Shown here: in pieces, positions 16,150 through 30,502 of the stretch
Position numbering within the stretch: the stretch's first letter is position 1
Layout of the letters: every line of letters begins with the position of its first letter
The notes under the pieces: model-generated
What the model was told of the DNA's origin: nothing
The model's database searches: none
What the model saw: only the letters and a program-made list of their open reading frames with translations
Translations under genes and position numbers: made by a program
Origin: Eledone cirrhosa
Taxonomy: Eukaryota
Direction of reading: 5' to 3'
DNA: 64,000 nucleotides
NCBI GenBank assembly: GCA_964016885.1
Contig: OZ024740.1
Coordinates: 114,824,001-114,888,000 of the forward strand

Positions 16150-17930
16150 AGTTACTAGTATTAGTCTGAAACTGAATGAAATTAAGCAAACAAATATTAT
16201 CTATCATGCGTGTACACGCGAACTCGATGCAGTTATTCGAAAGTCATCAAAAGTTAGAAGTCACCACTAAAGCATGGGATGAATGTGATATGGTAAGGTA
16301 TGTACACACGAGCTACTTTGATTGTTTCCTTGCATTGTGATAATGGCTCTGTTGACGTGGTAGTTAGTTGGTTGAAATATTGGTTGAAATGTCCGTCTCT
16401 TTGAATACATGCAGGCGGGTGAAATTTCGGAGTGTTCATTAATATTCACTCGCTCGTCTGATAGAGTGTATATGTCTTGTCGTTCGGGTTAGACCAGCCA
16501 ACGTATTTCACTCTTTTCGGATATTTTTGTTGTTTGGCGATTCAAGTCATTTGATCAAAATTGCTCCCTTGATCCATAGCGTCCTAATGTTGCGTTCTGT
16601 TGCTAGAACTGTGACACTGAATCTTCTGTCCTTGTTTCCTAATTTGGTTATATGTTTCTGTAAGGACGAGACTCTAGTGTTGACATGCTCCTTGATTCGT
16701 ATGTGCAGCGATCACACTCGATCTTGTAAACCTTTAGGTACGGAAGCAACAGTTTGGGTGAAGTATCGGACAATTGCTGAGAGAGCACGTATTATCTGCA
16801 TTGTATTGCCTTTTGGAAAGACATCTCCTTAGGGAGGGTCCCAAGTAAGCCAACTGGATGTCAAGATCCTGCATTTTTATGGTCCTGCTCATATTTCTTT
16901 CACCCTTTTCCGGGATAACGAGGAAGCACTTATCGGTTAGTTTTTTTCGCATCATATATCTGGGGTTCCTTATTCCGTTGGTGAAAAATGCTGGATAGTC
17001 TTTGGCTTCCAGCATCCTGTGGAATTGCTTGGTGTTGGTGAAACTACTCACGAGATCATTGCATCTATTTCCTAAACGCATAATCTTGTTTTTGATGTAA
17101 CCTCTCGTGGTGCTATTAGGAAGTGCAGGTCACTGCAGGTCACCTTGCGGTAGAAGCCTGTATTAACCACTCCGTCTTCCGTGATGTTTAATCGGAAGAC
17201 TAGGAGGCAAGGGCCCCGTCGCCGGTGACGAACTCCGTGCTGAATTTGATATTCTCGTCCGTATTGTTGAACGCCTCATATATTCTGTTAGCTGGGAAGA
17301 CTTGGAAATGATAATATCATCCACGTATCTTGTGAAGAAGGTGGCATGTGGGTGGCAGGTGTTGAGTGCTTTTCGTACCAGTTGGTCCATGCATGTTTGC
17401 CAGCAATCCCGATAATCTTTACCCCATGTGTAGACTCGAGGTTTGTTGATTCATGTGTCCAAGAAATTGAAATACGTGTTGTCGATGACAACTGATAGGA
17501 GATGGAGGTTGCCGGTGGGGGCGAGTCCGAAGCAATGCAAGTTGGAGGCCTTAACTCGTATGTCGAGGGTCGAGAAAGCTGGGACTGAGGTGTATCATGA
17601 GATTGCATCGATGCTTAAAGCTTACCTGTTATGCTTTTGAGCGGCAGGTTCTATTTGGCGTAGTCGTTTTATAACCGCCTTAGATCTATTGACGTTTCTG
17701 CGTGGGGTGGCCCAATCAGTTTAAGGATCTTGAAAAGGATCCATGAGATCGTATAAAGTGGTCCTTCCACGCTTGATACAATGGGCTTGATTTTCACGTC
17801 GGGTCATTGTTTGTGGATTTTGACGGGGTACTAGAAAGCGGGTAGCCTACTATTCCTCCTTATGACGTTGTTTTACAGTCCCTTCGGGAGTTTCCGCTGG
17901 TTGCAGATGTTGGGATACCATGTGGTATTG
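16150..17930 (-). pseudogene. Old degenerate PLE (Penelope/Poseidon-like RT plus GIY-YIG), rearranged
   Basis: Fragments LPAF..VKIHK..KIKPIVSSVEGPLY (17750-17850), FFTRYVDDII and CSLSNCPI. Many stops and frameshifts. Confidence 0.7.
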
Positions 17931-18523
17931 ACATACATGTAGATTACGTATTTCTGAATTGACACACACATACAGCGTTCATGCTCGGATGCTGAGTTAT
18001 ATATGATTGTTGATGAAATTCATCCAGATAACTTTTAAAAGATAAAGAATATTTTCTCACTTTGTTTATTTCGGTAAGACATTGTAGAGAACAAGGCTTA
18101 TTAAGGTGAACACTTTTCGACGGAATCTTATTTCATATTAACCAGTGTAAATTTGTGTGTGCGTATATATGTATGTGTATATGTTTAGTATTTTTTTAAT
18201 ACTCTTTATATGTCACTACATTCGCATAGTGTATAATAATGTGGTCTCTATATTGTTTTGATTTACGATGATGTATAGAAGTGTGAAGGCATTTCTAAAT
18301 TTGGTTCCCTATTAAATATCTTTAAACTACATCAGAGAATTTGGATATAGCATTATGCGTAAATAGATAGATACTCTCTCTCAGGCACACATACATATGA
18401 TTATACCTATGCTCACGCACACGCATACACCCATATATATATATAAATGTGTGAGTGTGTGTGTTTGTGGGGTTGGTTCACATCATACATATGGGTGTAT
18501 GCTTATATATATATATAATATAT

Positions 18524-18670
18524 ATATTTATTAAAATAACAGATTAAAGTTTAAGCAAAGTCAATCTGTTATTTTAATAAATATTTGCTCTACGGTTCTT
18601 ATATATTTGATATATATTTATCCTTATCGAGCCCTCTTTGGATTTTAGTCTTCAAATTTATTATTATTAC
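18524..18670 (+). mobile_element. Very short PLE-like 3' end with inverted arm
   Basis: Hairpin atatttattaaaataacagatt / aatctgttattttaataaatat followed by an unpaired tail of about 80 nt, within (TA)n. Same architecture as the larger PLE insertions. Confidence 0.45.
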
Positions 18671-18730
18671 TATATAATATATATATATATATATATATAC
18701 ATATATACATATATACATATATATATATAA

Positions 18731-18810
<80 letters not shown>

Positions 18811-19269
18811 CTATATATATATATATATTACTATATATATATATATTATGTATGTAAATAGGTATATCTATCTATCCATCTATCTATATAAATACATACA
18901 TAGGTGTGTGTGTGTGTGTATGCATAGTATGTATAAGTTTAAGTATATATATATATATAAAAAACAAATGCAAACGCTCAGGAAATTGAAGCTTTGTCCC
19001 ATTATTTTAAAATTGTTTTACTTTTCCTCTGACACTTAATTTTCTTTTAGTGGATGAAACATAAAACAAAAAAACATCGCAGCCATTTCCTATTGTTGAA
19101 ATTATATGCTTTTTGAAAGTGTCTTGGGATTATATAGGGCGTAATGATGACACCAATAACTTCCAGGAAAAAAATATATCGTAGCACATATGGTATAATC
19201 TTTTACCCATATGGTCTACTGACATTATATATATAAATATATATATATATATATACATACACACGCACG

Positions 19270-19324
<55 letters not shown>

Positions 19325-19429
19325 GATAGATATGTTAATATAGATAGATAGGTAGATAGTTAGATATGATATTGTTTGTTAAATAGCTCTACACATGTGT
19401 ACTTTTGGCTAGTCTAGAAGATGCCGGCA

Positions 19430-19821
19430 AACAAGTTTGTTCCAAATACAAATTTTAACCAAACAAAACCAAAGTCATTTCATTTCTTCGTCTATTTGGT
19501 TTCATGCACTGAACCTTCCTTAAAGAATATGCCTCATGTTTTTCAAAAATAGTGTCGTCAATTCAACGCCACTGTCTCTTTTAGCGATTGGCACTTATTT
19601 AGATACAAAAAGCTATTGAATCCAACGTCAGAATTTGAAATCAATGATTACAATTCTCTCTCATAATGAGCCTGAAGTTATTTGTACAGTCTTTATGTAT
19701 ATAAGATGCACTGAGATATAGTCTTCCCAAAATACCACAGAGTTTGCTAGGTAGTTCGTGTTCTTATTTTTCTTCGTATATTTTTCGTCGGTAGTTCCAT
19801 CATTGAACTGCATCCTGGTTG
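19430..19821 (-). pseudogene. Degenerate RTE-like LINE RT remnant, 3' part (interrupted by the hAT insertion)
   Basis: Peptides resembling the post-YADD region (QFNDGTTDE..VFW..SVHL; LWFCLV). Weak, by-eye similarity only. Confidence 0.4.
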
Positions 19822-20447
19822 CTTTAGAATAAACGTTCTCAACGTGGGGCATGTGCCCCCCCCCCCCCCCCCGGGGGGGGGGGGGGGGGCGTTTCGTTTC
19901 ACCACAGGGGCGTTATGCTGTGAGGTGGCGTTAGGGGGGCGTTGTTATGCAGTAAAGGGGCGTTTGAAACTTTGAGGGCGCTAGAAGCCCCTTTAGTTTG
20001 GTAAGTTTGATAAGTAATATGTGTGCGTCTCTTAGACAGTCAGTGATTTGAATGAAAAAAACGAAGAAAATAAATAAAAGAACCTTGTCAACGAATTCCC
20101 TAGGGAGATAAAAGAAAATCAAAAGAAATCAAAGAGAATGAAAATAAGGTATCCTTCAACAGAAATGGCAAGAAGGAGTAATGGTAGTGAACATACACAC
20201 ACACACATATATACACATACATACACACACACACATATATACACACACAGGTCGGCATTAGTGTTTGATGAGGTTGAGAACCTGGTCAGCTTTCAGCCAG
20301 AAGTGTGGTATTTATCTCCCTAGATAATAAAATCTGGCAAGAAAAATGTTCTCCTTACCAAAAAAAGAAGACATAGATCATATCAACATCCTTACACACT
20401 TAAATATAAATGTATGTATGTAAGTATGTATGTATATATATATATAT

Positions 20448-21162
<715 letters not shown>

Positions 21163-21196
21163 ATATATATTATATATATATAAATATATTATATAT

Positions 21197-21318
21197 AGTA
21201 ATAATTGTTTCTACTTTAGGCACAAGGCCAGCAATTACCCAGTGCGTTACTGGTACTTTATTTCATCGACCCCGTAAGGATGAAAGGCAAAGTCAACCTC
21301 GGCGGGATTTGAACTCAT
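21197..21318 (-). mobile_element. Partial SINE copy
   Basis: Reverse complement of the SINE 3' half, from the B box to the tail. Confidence 0.8.
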
Positions 21319-21359
21319 ATAGTAATAATAATATATATTATATATATATATATATATAA

Positions 21360-21438
<79 letters not shown>

Positions 21439-21497
21439 TATATTATATTATATGTATATATATATATATTATATACATATATATATATATATTATAT

Positions 21498-21560
<63 letters not shown>

Positions 21561-21589
21561 TACATACATATATATATATAAATATACAT

Positions 21590-21723
<134 letters not shown>

Positions 21724-21918
21724 AGATAAATCTACCAAGAGTTTACGGTAGTGTCCAATCCGTATGAAGAACTCAATGTAATCCGGATATCATGGAAAGA
21801 AGAGATGCAATGAAAAATCACTTTCGGTGAAAGATAAACGCAATACAGAGTCAAGATAAAATATTAAAAAAATAATGAATAAAACAATGAAACAGTTCCT
21901 TATATTAAACAAAAAAAG

Positions 21919-22073
21919 TTCATTATTTAACGATCGTTTCTAGGATATATATGTGTTAGAATTGGCATGCATATTCAACAGATCTATGTACAAAATTATA
22001 CAAAATTATACAAACTATCAAAATTAAATATACATACCAAACACATATATATGCCGTCTTCAGAAATAATGAA
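21919..22073 (-). ncRNA. Type I HHR with extended stem II (GUU triplet)
   Basis: Minus strand reads ttcattattt-CTGAAGA-[116 nt]-GAAAC-gatc-GTT-aaataatgaa. Confidence 0.75.
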
Positions 22074-23117
22074 ATATATTTATTGATAATAACAACAATT
22101 CAAAATTTCAGGTCCGTTTGGGAACAGAGTTCAAATTGACCAATGAAAATACAAAAAATTTTATGCAGTTAGGTGTGTGTATATACATGTAATTAACTTC
22201 GTACACATATTTGCACGAAGATATATGTTCACATGCATACGCATGCCAAAAAGATGTATGTAAATACAAAAATTCAAGGCTAATGTCTCTGTAAGTTTAT
22301 AATCTACAGATAAAATGCGTATAGACACGCAAATATAAAATAAATGTATACACACATTCATATACTCACACATATTCGTACACTCACACACACACGCGCG
22401 TATATGCATAAACATACACATAACTACGAACATACATACACACACATACCCCCACACACATATATATGTGTATATAGTACTATCATAAGCATATGGACAT
22501 TAATGCACGCACATAAACACTGCCACACACATTTAGATCAGGATACAGAAATTAGGTGGGAGGGGGGGGGAGGTCAGTATTCAACGGTGTCTGCAGACTG
22601 CCTATTTATAAATGTATATATAAACTTAGAAATAAAAAGAAAAGAAAAAGAAAAAAGAAATATATCAAGAAAATATATATATATATATATACACACACAC
22701 ATACACACACACACACACACATATACATATACATATATATATATATATACACATATATATACACATATATACACACATATATACACACACATATATATAT
22801 ACATATACATAAAATACATATATATATATACAAACAAGTAAAATATAAAATATACATCGATAAACATACATATAGACATATAAATAAATACACACGCATA
22901 CACACACATACATATACATACATATACATACACATATATACAAACACATACATATACATACATATACATACACATACCATATAAATACACATACACATAC
23001 ACACACGCATACATATAGAGACACATACATATACACATATAAATACATAGACACATACACACATAAACACACACATATATATATATATATATTTTTACAC
23101 ACATATACACATACACG

Positions 23118-23167
<50 letters not shown>

Positions 23168-23266
23168 CACACGTATATATATACACACATACACATACAT
23201 ATCCACATATAAATATATATATATATATAAATATATATATATACACACATACACACACATACACAT

Positions 23267-23330
<64 letters not shown>

Positions 23331-23498
23331 TCACACACAGATACGCACTTACATATACGCATATGTACAAATACATATGCATCCATATATGCGTATATAC
23401 ATACAAACACCACTAAACGCTCACACAACTCAGACATACAAAGAAAAAGGTATATACATACACATATATACACACATATAAATAGAGATACATATACA

Positions 23499-23534
<36 letters not shown>

Positions 23535-23745
23535 CACGCACGTACACACATAAACACACATACATACACATACATATACACATACATATATATATATACA
23601 CACACACAAACACACACATACATATATATATATATATACATATATATTTATATATATATATGTATATATATACACATACACATACATATATATACACATA
23701 TGCACACACATACATACATACATACATACACATACACATGCATAT

Positions 23746-23808
<63 letters not shown>

Positions 23809-23888
23809 TATACACACACACATACATATATATACACATACATACACATACACATATATATACATACATATACACACATCAACTACAA

Positions 23889-23932
<44 letters not shown>

Positions 23933-23939
23933 TACATAT

Positions 23940-23977
<38 letters not shown>

Positions 23978-24219
23978 AATAAATAATATATATATATATA
24001 TATAGACATACATATATATAGACACACACTCACATATATATGCGCACATACGTACACATATACACATACACACATATACACATAGACATATACATGTGCA
24101 TACATGTACATACACACATATACCCACATAGATACAAAGATACACATATATATAGAGAGAGACATACATATACACACACATATATACACACACATATATA
24201 CACATATATATATATACAT

Positions 24220-24274
<55 letters not shown>

Positions 24275-25461
24275 ATCATACACCCTTATTTGCATGCGCA
24301 TATATGTATTTTTATACTCACATATAAACACCCAAACATACATACCTACCTACATATACATACATACATACACGCTTACAAATACAAATAATAATAGTAG
24401 GGGGGGAGGGGGGAGAAGGGGATTATAGTAAATATATGTTTCAAGAAACATAGAATATTAATCTGCATTTAGATCACAATATGTGTTTACATAGTTTCAG
24501 TATTAGGAAATGCAAGAAAGAAGGCAAAACTATGCATTTCAATATAAGTATACCATTAATTATAGGTTAACTAAACTAAAGATAGTTAATATATTGATTT
24601 CTAAGGTGTAAATTACTTAGGTTTATAATATTTGAAGCAGAATTTTGAAGTTAAATAGTAGTAGAGTATTAATTATAGTATAACTAAATTAAAATTATTA
24701 ACGTTATGGTATCAATATTAGGAAATGAATTTAGTAATAGGGAAAAAACAAATAAAGTATTACATCGGTAGTAGAATATAAATTATAGGTTAACTAAATT
24801 AAAAATTATATATTAATTTCTATAGTATATGTTAATTAGGTATATAATAATTAAAACAGATATTGTATTTTATCAATAGTAGAATATAATTATAGGTAAA
24901 CAGAAATTAAAATTAATACATACACATATACATATACATACATATATATACACATATATATACATATATACACATACATATATATACATACATATACATT
25001 TTTTTCAAAAATTGTAAAGAATATATTAACTAGGTATACATCCAAAACCTATCCCATTCTATGATTACATGACACTCTGCAATCCATCTGTATTAGGATA
25101 CTATTTTTAAGCCAATTAAATTAAATTTTTAGGTTGACCAAATTTAAAACCAAATTATAAATATATTTCTAAAATGTATATTAATTAGGTCTATAATACT
25201 AAAAATTATTTCTCTGTCATTGAATACACGATATTTTGTTATATTTTATCTGTAAAGGAATTTTAATAAAGGGTTAAATAAATTAAAATTAATCTATAAA
25301 TTAAATTACTAAGTATATATTAGTAATATTTAAAGGTTTTTCACAATTTATGATTACACAATATTTTATATTCTCATCTGTAGTAGAATTTTAATTAAAT
25401 TAAATTTATAGGTTAACTAACATTTAAATTAAATTATATATTAGTTTCTAAAATAATGTTA

Positions 25462-27903
25462 TTAATTAGGTTTATAATATTTAAATGTTTTTTTTAGTTT
25501 ATGATTACACGATATAATTAATTCCTGTCGTTTATTTAATAGGATATCCTTAGATTTCATTATTTCAAATAGTTCTTGGGAACATAATCTACATTCATTT
25601 CTATTATTTTGATAAGGGGTGGCTCTTTTGAGCACACTCCAGGTCAAATCATATTCTATATTCTTATTTTTATAACTATTGATTTTTTCTGCTAGAGATG
25701 TTGTATTAGCCAGTGCGGCATTTTTAAAACTATGTTTGTGGGTATTAAACCTTGTCTTAAAATTGTTAGAAGTAGCTCCTATATATGAGCAAATAGAATC
25801 TTTAGTTTTAACATTACATTTATAAACTATGTTGTTAACAAGACAATTTCCTTTTAATGGGCAGTTTGCTTTGTTTCTACAGTTACAACCTTTCGTTAAT
25901 TCTGTATTTGAGGAGATATTATGGTTAGTTTGATGTATTGGTGGTATACATATGGTTTTCTTACATTTATATGCATTATAGGCACTTATATTTTGTTTTA
26001 TGTTATTTGTTGTTGAGTATGAGAATTTAACTGTAGACCTATTTAAGATTTGATGGTATTTGTGGTTTGGCGGGAAGTTTTTCTCTAGGATATAAAAAAA
26101 TTTTTTAGCAATATTATCCTTAATTTGTAAATTAAATGGAGCATTATACCAAGTAACCCGTCTATTACGGTTTCTATGTTGTTTATTATTTTTATTATTT
26201 TTATAGGTTGTATCGTGATGTTTACTAGGAGGATTAATGTTAATGATCTCACCACACACATTTTTAGTTATATTTGTAGATTTAGGTGTTTTATCTTGTT
26301 TATTAGGAGTTTTATTATTAACATTTATTAGAGTTGTATGATGAGTAGTTTTTTGAGAGTTACTATACTTTATATTAGAAGATTTGGTATTTTGGGGTAT
26401 AGTGTGGGTGGCATTTAGGTGTGTACTTTTCATTTGGTGTTTGTTGGTAATATTAGGTTGTATGTTTTTAGTATTTTTAGTAGAAGGTATATATTCTAAT
26501 CTATTTTTGTGGCCACTTCTATCTAGAGCTTCGTTATAGAAGGTCGCATTTTTATCAAATACATCTTGGTTAGAAGAAAGGTTAGAAATTCTAAGTGATA
26601 TATTATATGCAAGGTTTTTAAGGATAGATTTAGGGTGATTAGATTGTGAGTGTATGTAATGTAAGTTTTGGTTGGGTTTATGGTAAGGTTGGTAGATACC
26701 CGTAGCTAAGTCTAAAGTTATATCTAGGAAATTTACTACTTTACTTGTTTTTTCAAAAGTAATATGAAGACTATAATAGTCTTTAAGGAAAGTTCTAATA
26801 TGCTTTTTGTTTTTTTCTATTTCTGAAAGGCTAAGGTTGTTGGAAAGAAGAAGACAGTCATCACGATATAAACCACCTTTAAGGTGGGGAAAGGAGGCAT
26901 TTATGTTGAAAAGGAGAAAGAGGCCCACAAGATCAGTAATTTGGGCGGAATCGCTTGAACCCATAGTAATATCAAATAGATTCCTATATGTGTTTCTGGT
27001 CCAGTATTCATTCTGAAATTCAATAAGTGTTAGTCTAGCATGTGTAATAATATTAATGTCATCCAAAGTTAAGTTAGATCTATTTTTAGCAAATATCAAT
27101 GCTTTGTTCAGGAGTATAGGTGATATAGAAGAATAGTAATTATCTATATCAAATTGTAGAAATGAAGCAGAAGATTTACATCTAATATTTTTTAACCAGT
27201 TAATTACCTGGGAAGTGTTTTCCCAGAGTGGTAAAATAACGTGTTTTCTTATTTGTGGGATGACTCTATCCAAAATTTTTTTGCTAATTATTCCAATATC
27301 TGATTTGGAGGGACATATAAGTCTTATAGAAGGATTTGAGTTAAAGTTTGATTTATGATCCTTCAGGTTGAAGTGTGGTCTTTTCAATGCCAAAGGTTCA
27401 GTTCTATCTTCAATGTTTAGTTTTTTTACTATGTTGTGTGTTTTGTTGTTGATGTTGGTGAGTGACGCATTATTAGATTTTTTATAATTTTTCCTGAGTT
27501 CTTTATATATGAACTCATTATAATCTTCAATATCCATGTGATACAAGTTACCAGTTTTGTCCGAGTGGACATGGATTTTTTTAGACTTTTTTAGGTCCAA
27601 TAGGGTAGAATCAAGGTCCTTTTGAAAGACGGATTTATACTTTTTAAATTTGAGGTGTTTAATAAAGTTAAAAAGGTCTTTCTCAAAGTCTTCAAGTAAA
27701 GAGTTGTGTGGTGGATTCTTGTAAGTATTGAAATCATACATATATTTCCTATCTGCATATTTAGATTTTTTATCGAAGTGGTAGGCTCTCCATCTAACCC
27801 TTCTGATAAAATGGTTGGTTTTTTGAATCATAAGGAGTAAGAAGTCATCCTTAGAAGGTATTGGTGTGTTCTTTAAAGAGGTTCCCAAATATTGTTTTTC
27901 CAT
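25462..27903 (-). CDS. Intact PLE polyprotein (813 aa from the ATG): reverse transcriptase plus GIY-YIG endonuclease, Naiad clade
   Basis: N-terminus MEKQYLGTSLKNTPIPS, SDKTGNLY (DKT), LKDHK..RLI, FDIDNYY, MGSSDSA, YRDD, FLDITL, CNCRNKANCPLKGNC (CxCx5Cx5C), IVYKC..YIG..FKTRF, CRLC..E. No stops. Confidence 0.93.
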   Translation of the reverse strand: MEKQYLGTSLKNTPIPSKDDFLLLMIQKTNHFIRRVRWRAYHFDKKSKYADRKYMYDFNTYKNPPHNSLLEDFEKDLFNFIKHLKFKKYKSVFQKDLDSTLLDLKKSKKIHVHSDKTGNLYHMDIEDYNEFIYKELRKNYKKSNNASLTNINNKTHNIVKKLNIEDRTEPLALKRPHFNLKDHKSNFNSNPSIRLICPSKSDIGIISKKILDRVIPQIRKHVILPLWENTSQVINWLKNIRCKSSASFLQFDIDNYYSSISPILLNKALIFAKNRSNLTLDDINIITHARLTLIEFQNEYWTRNTYRNLFDITMGSSDSAQITDLVGLFLLFNINASFPHLKGGLYRDDCLLLSNNLSLSEIEKNKKHIRTFLKDYYSLHITFEKTSKVVNFLDITLDLATGIYQPYHKPNQNLHYIHSQSNHPKSILKNLAYNISLRISNLSSNQDVFDKNATFYNEALDRSGHKNRLEYIPSTKNTKNIQPNITNKHQMKSTHLNATHTIPQNTKSSNIKYSNSQKTTHHTTLINVNNKTPNKQDKTPKSTNITKNVCGEIININPPSKHHDTTYKNNKNNKQHRNRNRRVTWYNAPFNLQIKDNIAKKFFYILEKNFPPNHKYHQILNRSTVKFSYSTTNNIKQNISAYNAYKCKKTICIPPIHQTNHNISSNTELTKGCNCRNKANCPLKGNCLVNNIVYKCNVKTKDSICSYIGATSNNFKTRFNTHKHSFKNAALANTTSLAEKINSYKNKNIEYDLTWSVLKRATPYQNNRNECRLCSQELFEIMKSKDILLNKRQELIISCNHKLKKTFKYYKPN

Positions 27904-28253
27904 TGTGATATGGATGATGGACAATTGAAAGAGCTCAACTAAATGTATATGGGTTTACAAATTCATACATATATATGTATATACATAAATATAAAATTAA
28001 TCCACACATACAGTACAAAAATACGAATATTTCTGTGAAAATAGGAGCAAAATTATGTAGATAAATCTACCAAGAGTTTACGGTAGTGTCCAATCCGTAT
28101 GAAGAACTCAATGTAATCCGGATATCATGGAAAGAAGAGATGCAATGAAAAATCACTTTCGGTGAAAGATAAACGGAATACAGAGTCAAGATAAAATATT
28201 AAAAAAATAATGAATAAAACAATGAAACAGTTCCTTATATTAAACAAAAAAAG

Positions 28254-28408
28254 TTCATTATTTGACGATCGTTTCTAGGATATATATGTGTTAGAATTGG
28301 CATGCATATTCAACAGATCTATGTACAAAATTATACAAAATTATACAAACTATCAAAATTAAATATACATACCAAACACATATATATGCCGTCTTCAGAA
28401 ATAATGAA
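28254..28408 (-). ncRNA. Type I HHR with extended stem II (canonical GUC triplet), upstream of the intact ORF
   Basis: Same fold as above, but G at 28264 on the + strand gives GAAAC-gatc-GTC-aaataatgaa. Confidence 0.8.
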
Positions 28409-29007
28409 ATATATTTATTGATAATAACAACAATTCAAAATTTCAGGTCCGTTTGGGAACAGAGTTCAAATTGACCAATGAAAATACAAAAAATTTTATG
28501 CAGTTAGGTGTGTGTATATACATGTAATTAACTTCGTACACATATTTGCACGAAGATATATGTTCACATGCATACGCATGCCAAAAAGATGTATGTAAAT
28601 ACAAAAATTCAAGGCTAATGTCTCTGTAAGTTTATAATCTACAGATAAAATGCGTATAGACACGCAAATATAAAATAAATGTATACACACATTCATATAC
28701 TCACACATATTCGTACACTCACACACACACGCGCGTATATGCATAAACATACACATAACTACGAACATACATACACACACATACCCCCACACACATATAT
28801 ATGTGTATATAGTACTATCATAAGCATATGGACATTAATGCACGCACATAAACACTGCCACACACATTTAGATCAGGATACAGAAATTAGGTGGGAGGGG
28901 GGGAGAGGTCAGTATTCAACGGTGTCTGCAGACTGCCTATTTATAAATGTATCTATAAACTTAGAAATAAAAAGAAAAGAAAAAGAAAAAAGAAATATAT
29001 CAAGAAA

Positions 29008-29046
<39 letters not shown>

Positions 29047-29391
29047 TATACATATACATATATATATATATATACACATATATATACACATATATACACA
29101 CATATATACACACACATATATATATACATATACATAACATACATATATATATATACAAACAAGTAAAATATAAAATATACATCGATATACATACATATAG
29201 ACATATAAATAAATACACACGCATACACACACATACATATACATACATATACATACACATATATACAAACACATACATATACATACATATACATACACAT
29301 ACCATATAAATACACATACACATACACACACGCATACATATAGAGACACATACATATACACATATAAATACATAGACACATACACACATAA

Positions 29392-29450
<59 letters not shown>

Positions 29451-29472
29451 TACACACATATACACATACACG

Positions 29473-29531
<59 letters not shown>

Positions 29532-29636
29532 TCACAACACACGTATATATATACGCACATACACATACATATCCACATATAAATATATATATATATATAA
29601 ATATATATATATACACACATATACACACATACACAT

Positions 29637-29755
<119 letters not shown>

Positions 29756-29838
29756 CATACACACACATACACACATACACACATACTTATATACACACAC
29801 ACACACCTACACATACATACACATACACATATATAAAG

Positions 29839-29869
<31 letters not shown>

Positions 29870-29873
29870 TATA

Positions 29874-29906
<33 letters not shown>

Positions 29907-29914
<8 letters not shown>

Positions 29915-30471
29915 TAAACAAATAATGAATAAAACAATGAAACAGTTCCTTATATTAAACAAAAAAAGTTCATTATTTAACGATCGTTTCTAGGATATAT
30001 ATGTGTTAGAATTGGCATGCATATTCAACAGATCTATGTACAAAATTATACAAAATTATACAAACTATCAAGATTAAATATACATACCAACACATATATA
30101 CGCCGTCTTCAGAAATAATCTGAATTATTTCTGAAGACGGCGTATATATGTGTTGGTATGTATATTTAATCTTGATAGTTTGTATAATTTTGTATAATTT
30201 TGTACATAGATCTGTTGAATATGCATGCCAATTCTAACACATATATATCCTAGAAACGATCGTTAAATAATGAACTTTTTTTGTTTAATATAAGGAACTG
30301 TTTCATTGTTTTATTCATTATTTGTTTAATATTTTATCTTGACTCTGTATACCGTTTATCTTTCACCGAAAGTGATTTTTCATTACATCTCTTCTTTCCA
30401 TGATATCCGGAATACATTGAGTTCTTCATACGGATTGGACACTACCGTAAACTCTTGGTAGATTTATCTAC

Positions 30472-30472
<1 letters not shown>
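29907..30472 (+). mobile_element. Short same-family Naiad insertion (inverted arm plus pLTR end) nested in a (TA)n tract of the tandem monomer
   Basis: Arms 29907-30119 and 30124-30337 form an inverted repeat, with the tail running to 30472. The host sequence on either side is contiguous in the third copy (about 36940-36995). It carries private SNPs. Confidence 0.85.

Positions 30473-30502
<30 letters not shown>

Noticed and set aside
30398-30440. SECIS-like ATGA..GA stem in the Naiad tail
   Set aside because: The helix is too short, there is no proper apical AA or GA quartet, and the ORF has no in-frame TGA.
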